Below, piece after piece: positions 61,226 to 64,000 of a stretch of DNA of 64,000 nt (position 1 is its first letter; each line of letters opens with the position of its first letter). The position numbers and the translations under genes are program-made. The notes beneath the pieces were generated by a model that ran no database searches, was not told the origin of the DNA, and saw only the letters and a program-made list of their open reading frames with translations. The stretch is from Klebsormidium nitens (Eukaryota; Plantae; Klebsormidiophyceae). The stretch is from positions 124,001 to 188,000 of the forward strand of contig DF237014.1 of the NCBI GenBank assembly GCA_000708835.1, written 5' to 3'.

Positions 61226-64000
61226 GTGCGCGCCCGCTGTGAAGGCCCCCACACCAGACCTAAGCCTGCACCTGCTTTGGAAAAGAAATTCATGTTTCAG
61301 GCCACACTTTAGCTAACACAATGCTGGTTACCTGGTCATTGCGTAGAGTCCGCAAAGCACAACCGCAGTATGTGCCAATCTGCTCTATGGCAGCAAAGTG
61401 GCTGGCACTTTGGGGTGTCCCATCACGTGTGCTTCCATACTCAAAGGACCCTGTTTCACTGTGCCAAACAGCTCAACTTGAATCCTCTGATTGCTTAACC
61501 ACTTCCTTAACCTCAGCCATGTGAGGCTAACACTTAGATGCAAAGATAGGACATGCGACTTTGCTTTCCCAGCAGCCAGCACCGACTTTCTTAAGAAGGA
61601 CAACGCAATCGCACTGCCACCTCACCTTGTCTTCCCCGAGCTTCAATGTCATGTTGCTTGCTAAGGAGCGGTTCGTCTGTGGGCCAGCAAGAGACAGCCA
61701 CATTGCGTGATCCCAATGCCATAATGGAATGGGCCCATGTCCCTTTCTGCCCCCCAATTCCTGACCACCCTTTGCGGTACAAGAAGCCCAAAGTAGTCAC
61801 TGCCGCCTGGGTTGCCCCCACCTTTTACCAAACGATACAAAAGACAGACTTTAGAAGTCTGCAGTGCACAACTAGTTTCAAGGAAACACCTCTGAAAGGT
61901 CTGATTGCACGAGAGCCCCACACTCATGATGGAGCTTGACAATGACCCAATCTAACCAGCGCTTTACGAGAATGTGCCAATGGCGTAAGTCGCACCTGCA
62001 CGTCAATGTTCTGTCCCCTCTCCCATCGTGACGTCAAGGGCCTTCAGCAGCAAGCCGTCTGAATGTATTACAATGGCAGATCACCAATGGCTGCGTAGCT
62101 TTCAGCAATTTTGGAAGAATTTGTTGAGCTACCTGTCTGTCCACTAGAGGGGAAGAGACTCTGAAGCATCTTCTGAGGAATAGTAAGCAGAGGCAGAGCT
62201 ACCATAAGGCAACGGCAGTTCTCGGTACCGTGAAAGTATCTATGTGTAAGCACCATCTGTCCCTCTGCGAGAGGCTGCATCAGTTCTTCGGTTTCATAAA
62301 ATTACACTTTATGTGAACAGAGGATGGTGGCATGGAAATGTCCATAAGCGTCAGATATCCTTGCTTTGGAACTTGAGAATTCCCCATCACGAAGGAAGCA
62401 TGCAAACGCTCGTTTTGCTATTGCTTGTTGCAGACAGAATGAAATATACCTTGCACTTTTCCCCTGATCCTTGTATCCACGGCTGCAGAATAGCTGCGTC
62501 CTTCCCGCAGCAGGCAGCCAGCTCATCACAGACTTCCACCAATTGATAATTCACCCCAAGAACGAAGAATGACTGTGGCATGAAGCCGTCTGGGAAGAAG
62601 TAGTGGCCTACACCTGCTTGAATGCATCATGTGGATGGCACCCCGTCAGCGTGAGGCGTTGACCTGTGAGCACCGCCGCCGGGAAGCCTGCTGCAGCCAG
62701 CAGCCTGCATTGCCATGTCTTAAATGCAACGCCATATCAACGTGGGACGTGTCTACATCCTGCCTACGCCACTTCCTACGTAGCGCGCCCCCATCTTTAC
62801 CAGATGTGACGTGAGGGGCCGCGGCCGTCTGGATATACCTACGTATAAGGATACCATAAATCTCAAGAGTCAAGAGAGACAATATTGTGAATAAGCCGAG
62901 ATAACATTAAGGTCCAACTAACTTGAAACCCTAACCCAAAAGGATAGGTACCTGCTCCGCACTCACACCCAGCCTAACCACCCAAACTAACCCCACCCGT
63001 CCCAGTGCGGTTACCTTTTAAAACTATCTCGAGACTCGGATGTTTTTCCTGAGTTCAATCATATATGCCGCCGGCGGCCGTATGCGTTATGCATTATGCG
63101 TTATGCATTATACGAGAAGGGCGGAGGAGCATTTAATGCGCGGATTGAAGGAACCGATGGTGCATTATGCACTTAGCCGGGCCGTCTGTCGATGTTCGAA
63201 TATTAAGGTACCTCACTAGGGCTTCAATGCTGTGCAGCATGTGCTGACTCCTCAGAGCAGTCGCACAAGATAAGTGCTGCCAGGGATGATGGTGCTACAT
63301 GTATGACAAGCTTCTAGACGTTCATGGTTTCCTGCCTGCTTGCATATTTCTCTATCGCTGTAATGACCCAATTATACATTAGTAGTAGTACTCTGCCACT
63401 AAAGAGAGCATGCAACGGAATGTCACAATGTCACTTTGGTGCAAGTCTAAGAATAGTTCAAGGCCTCAAGCTTGATGATCTAGACGGTAGAGTGCATCGG
63501 ATTTCAGAATAGGTATACCCATATTGCCTAGATTGAACATGCACTGACGACCCCAACCCCATGCGCACTCAAAGTAATCCCAATAATGGTCCGCAAGAAA
63601 CATTAAAACGATATGGATATGCATGTTCAGTCGTATCATTATAGGATAGACATTGAAAGTTCAAAAGTTGCTAATGATTGAGGAATCCTTGCCGATGCAT
63701 GTAACACAAGACCAAGAATGCAATCTAATTCAGTAACGACTGGTGGTGGCCATGTACAATGCTCTTTGCATGTTGCCTTCCCACCTGAAGACTACTTCAA
63801 GAATCTTATGGTACATGAACGGGCCACCAAGAATTCAAGTTGTCCAATTAACCCTTCTGTTTCTATCCTGGACTTATCGTCTTCGACTCTGTTGCACCTG
63901 CTCTCTGTTGCACCTGCTCTAAAAATCCAAGTAGTAAAAAGCATTGTCAATCTGTACACATGTCAGCAAGCCAAAAGCAACTAACCACTTCTACGGGACT

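Noticed and set aside
62955-63005. C-rich tract weakly resembling the reverse complement of the 53944 repeat
   Set aside because: Only about 8 bp match exactly, within low-complexity sequence.

Overview
Gene-dense eukaryotic window with canonical spliceosomal introns, mostly 100-600 nt. It most likely comes from a flagellated streptophyte alga such as Klebsormidium. This is an inference from plant-type sucrose synthase, bZIP and SHI-like genes sitting beside the ciliary dynein factor LRRC56. I hand-spliced 11 protein-coding genes. Minus strand: sucrose synthase (runs off the left edge), WDR3/Utp12, pyrroline-5-carboxylate reductase, plastid TypA/BipA, LRRC56/ODA8-like and a SHI-type zinc-finger protein. 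Plus strand: a proline-rich repeat protein containing a 585-nt assembly gap, a bZIP factor, a PRL1-interacting-factor-like protein with HEXIM-like architecture, a kappa-class GST ending in SKL, and a multi-TPR protein. Eight genes form four head-to-head pairs. The strongest observation is a tandem pair of homologous 163-nt exons in sucrose synthase that cannot both be included in frame, i.e. candidate mutually exclusive exons. Other highlights: a HEXIM-like PYNT-type motif in a plant-lineage protein; an intact 646-bp hAT-type MITE with a perfect 8-bp target-site duplication; a 113-aa N-terminal extension on P5CR; two GC-AG introns; and a SHI-like zinc finger visible only after splicing. I could not support any tRNA, rRNA or CRISPR array. 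All family calls rest on remembered motifs, not database searches.
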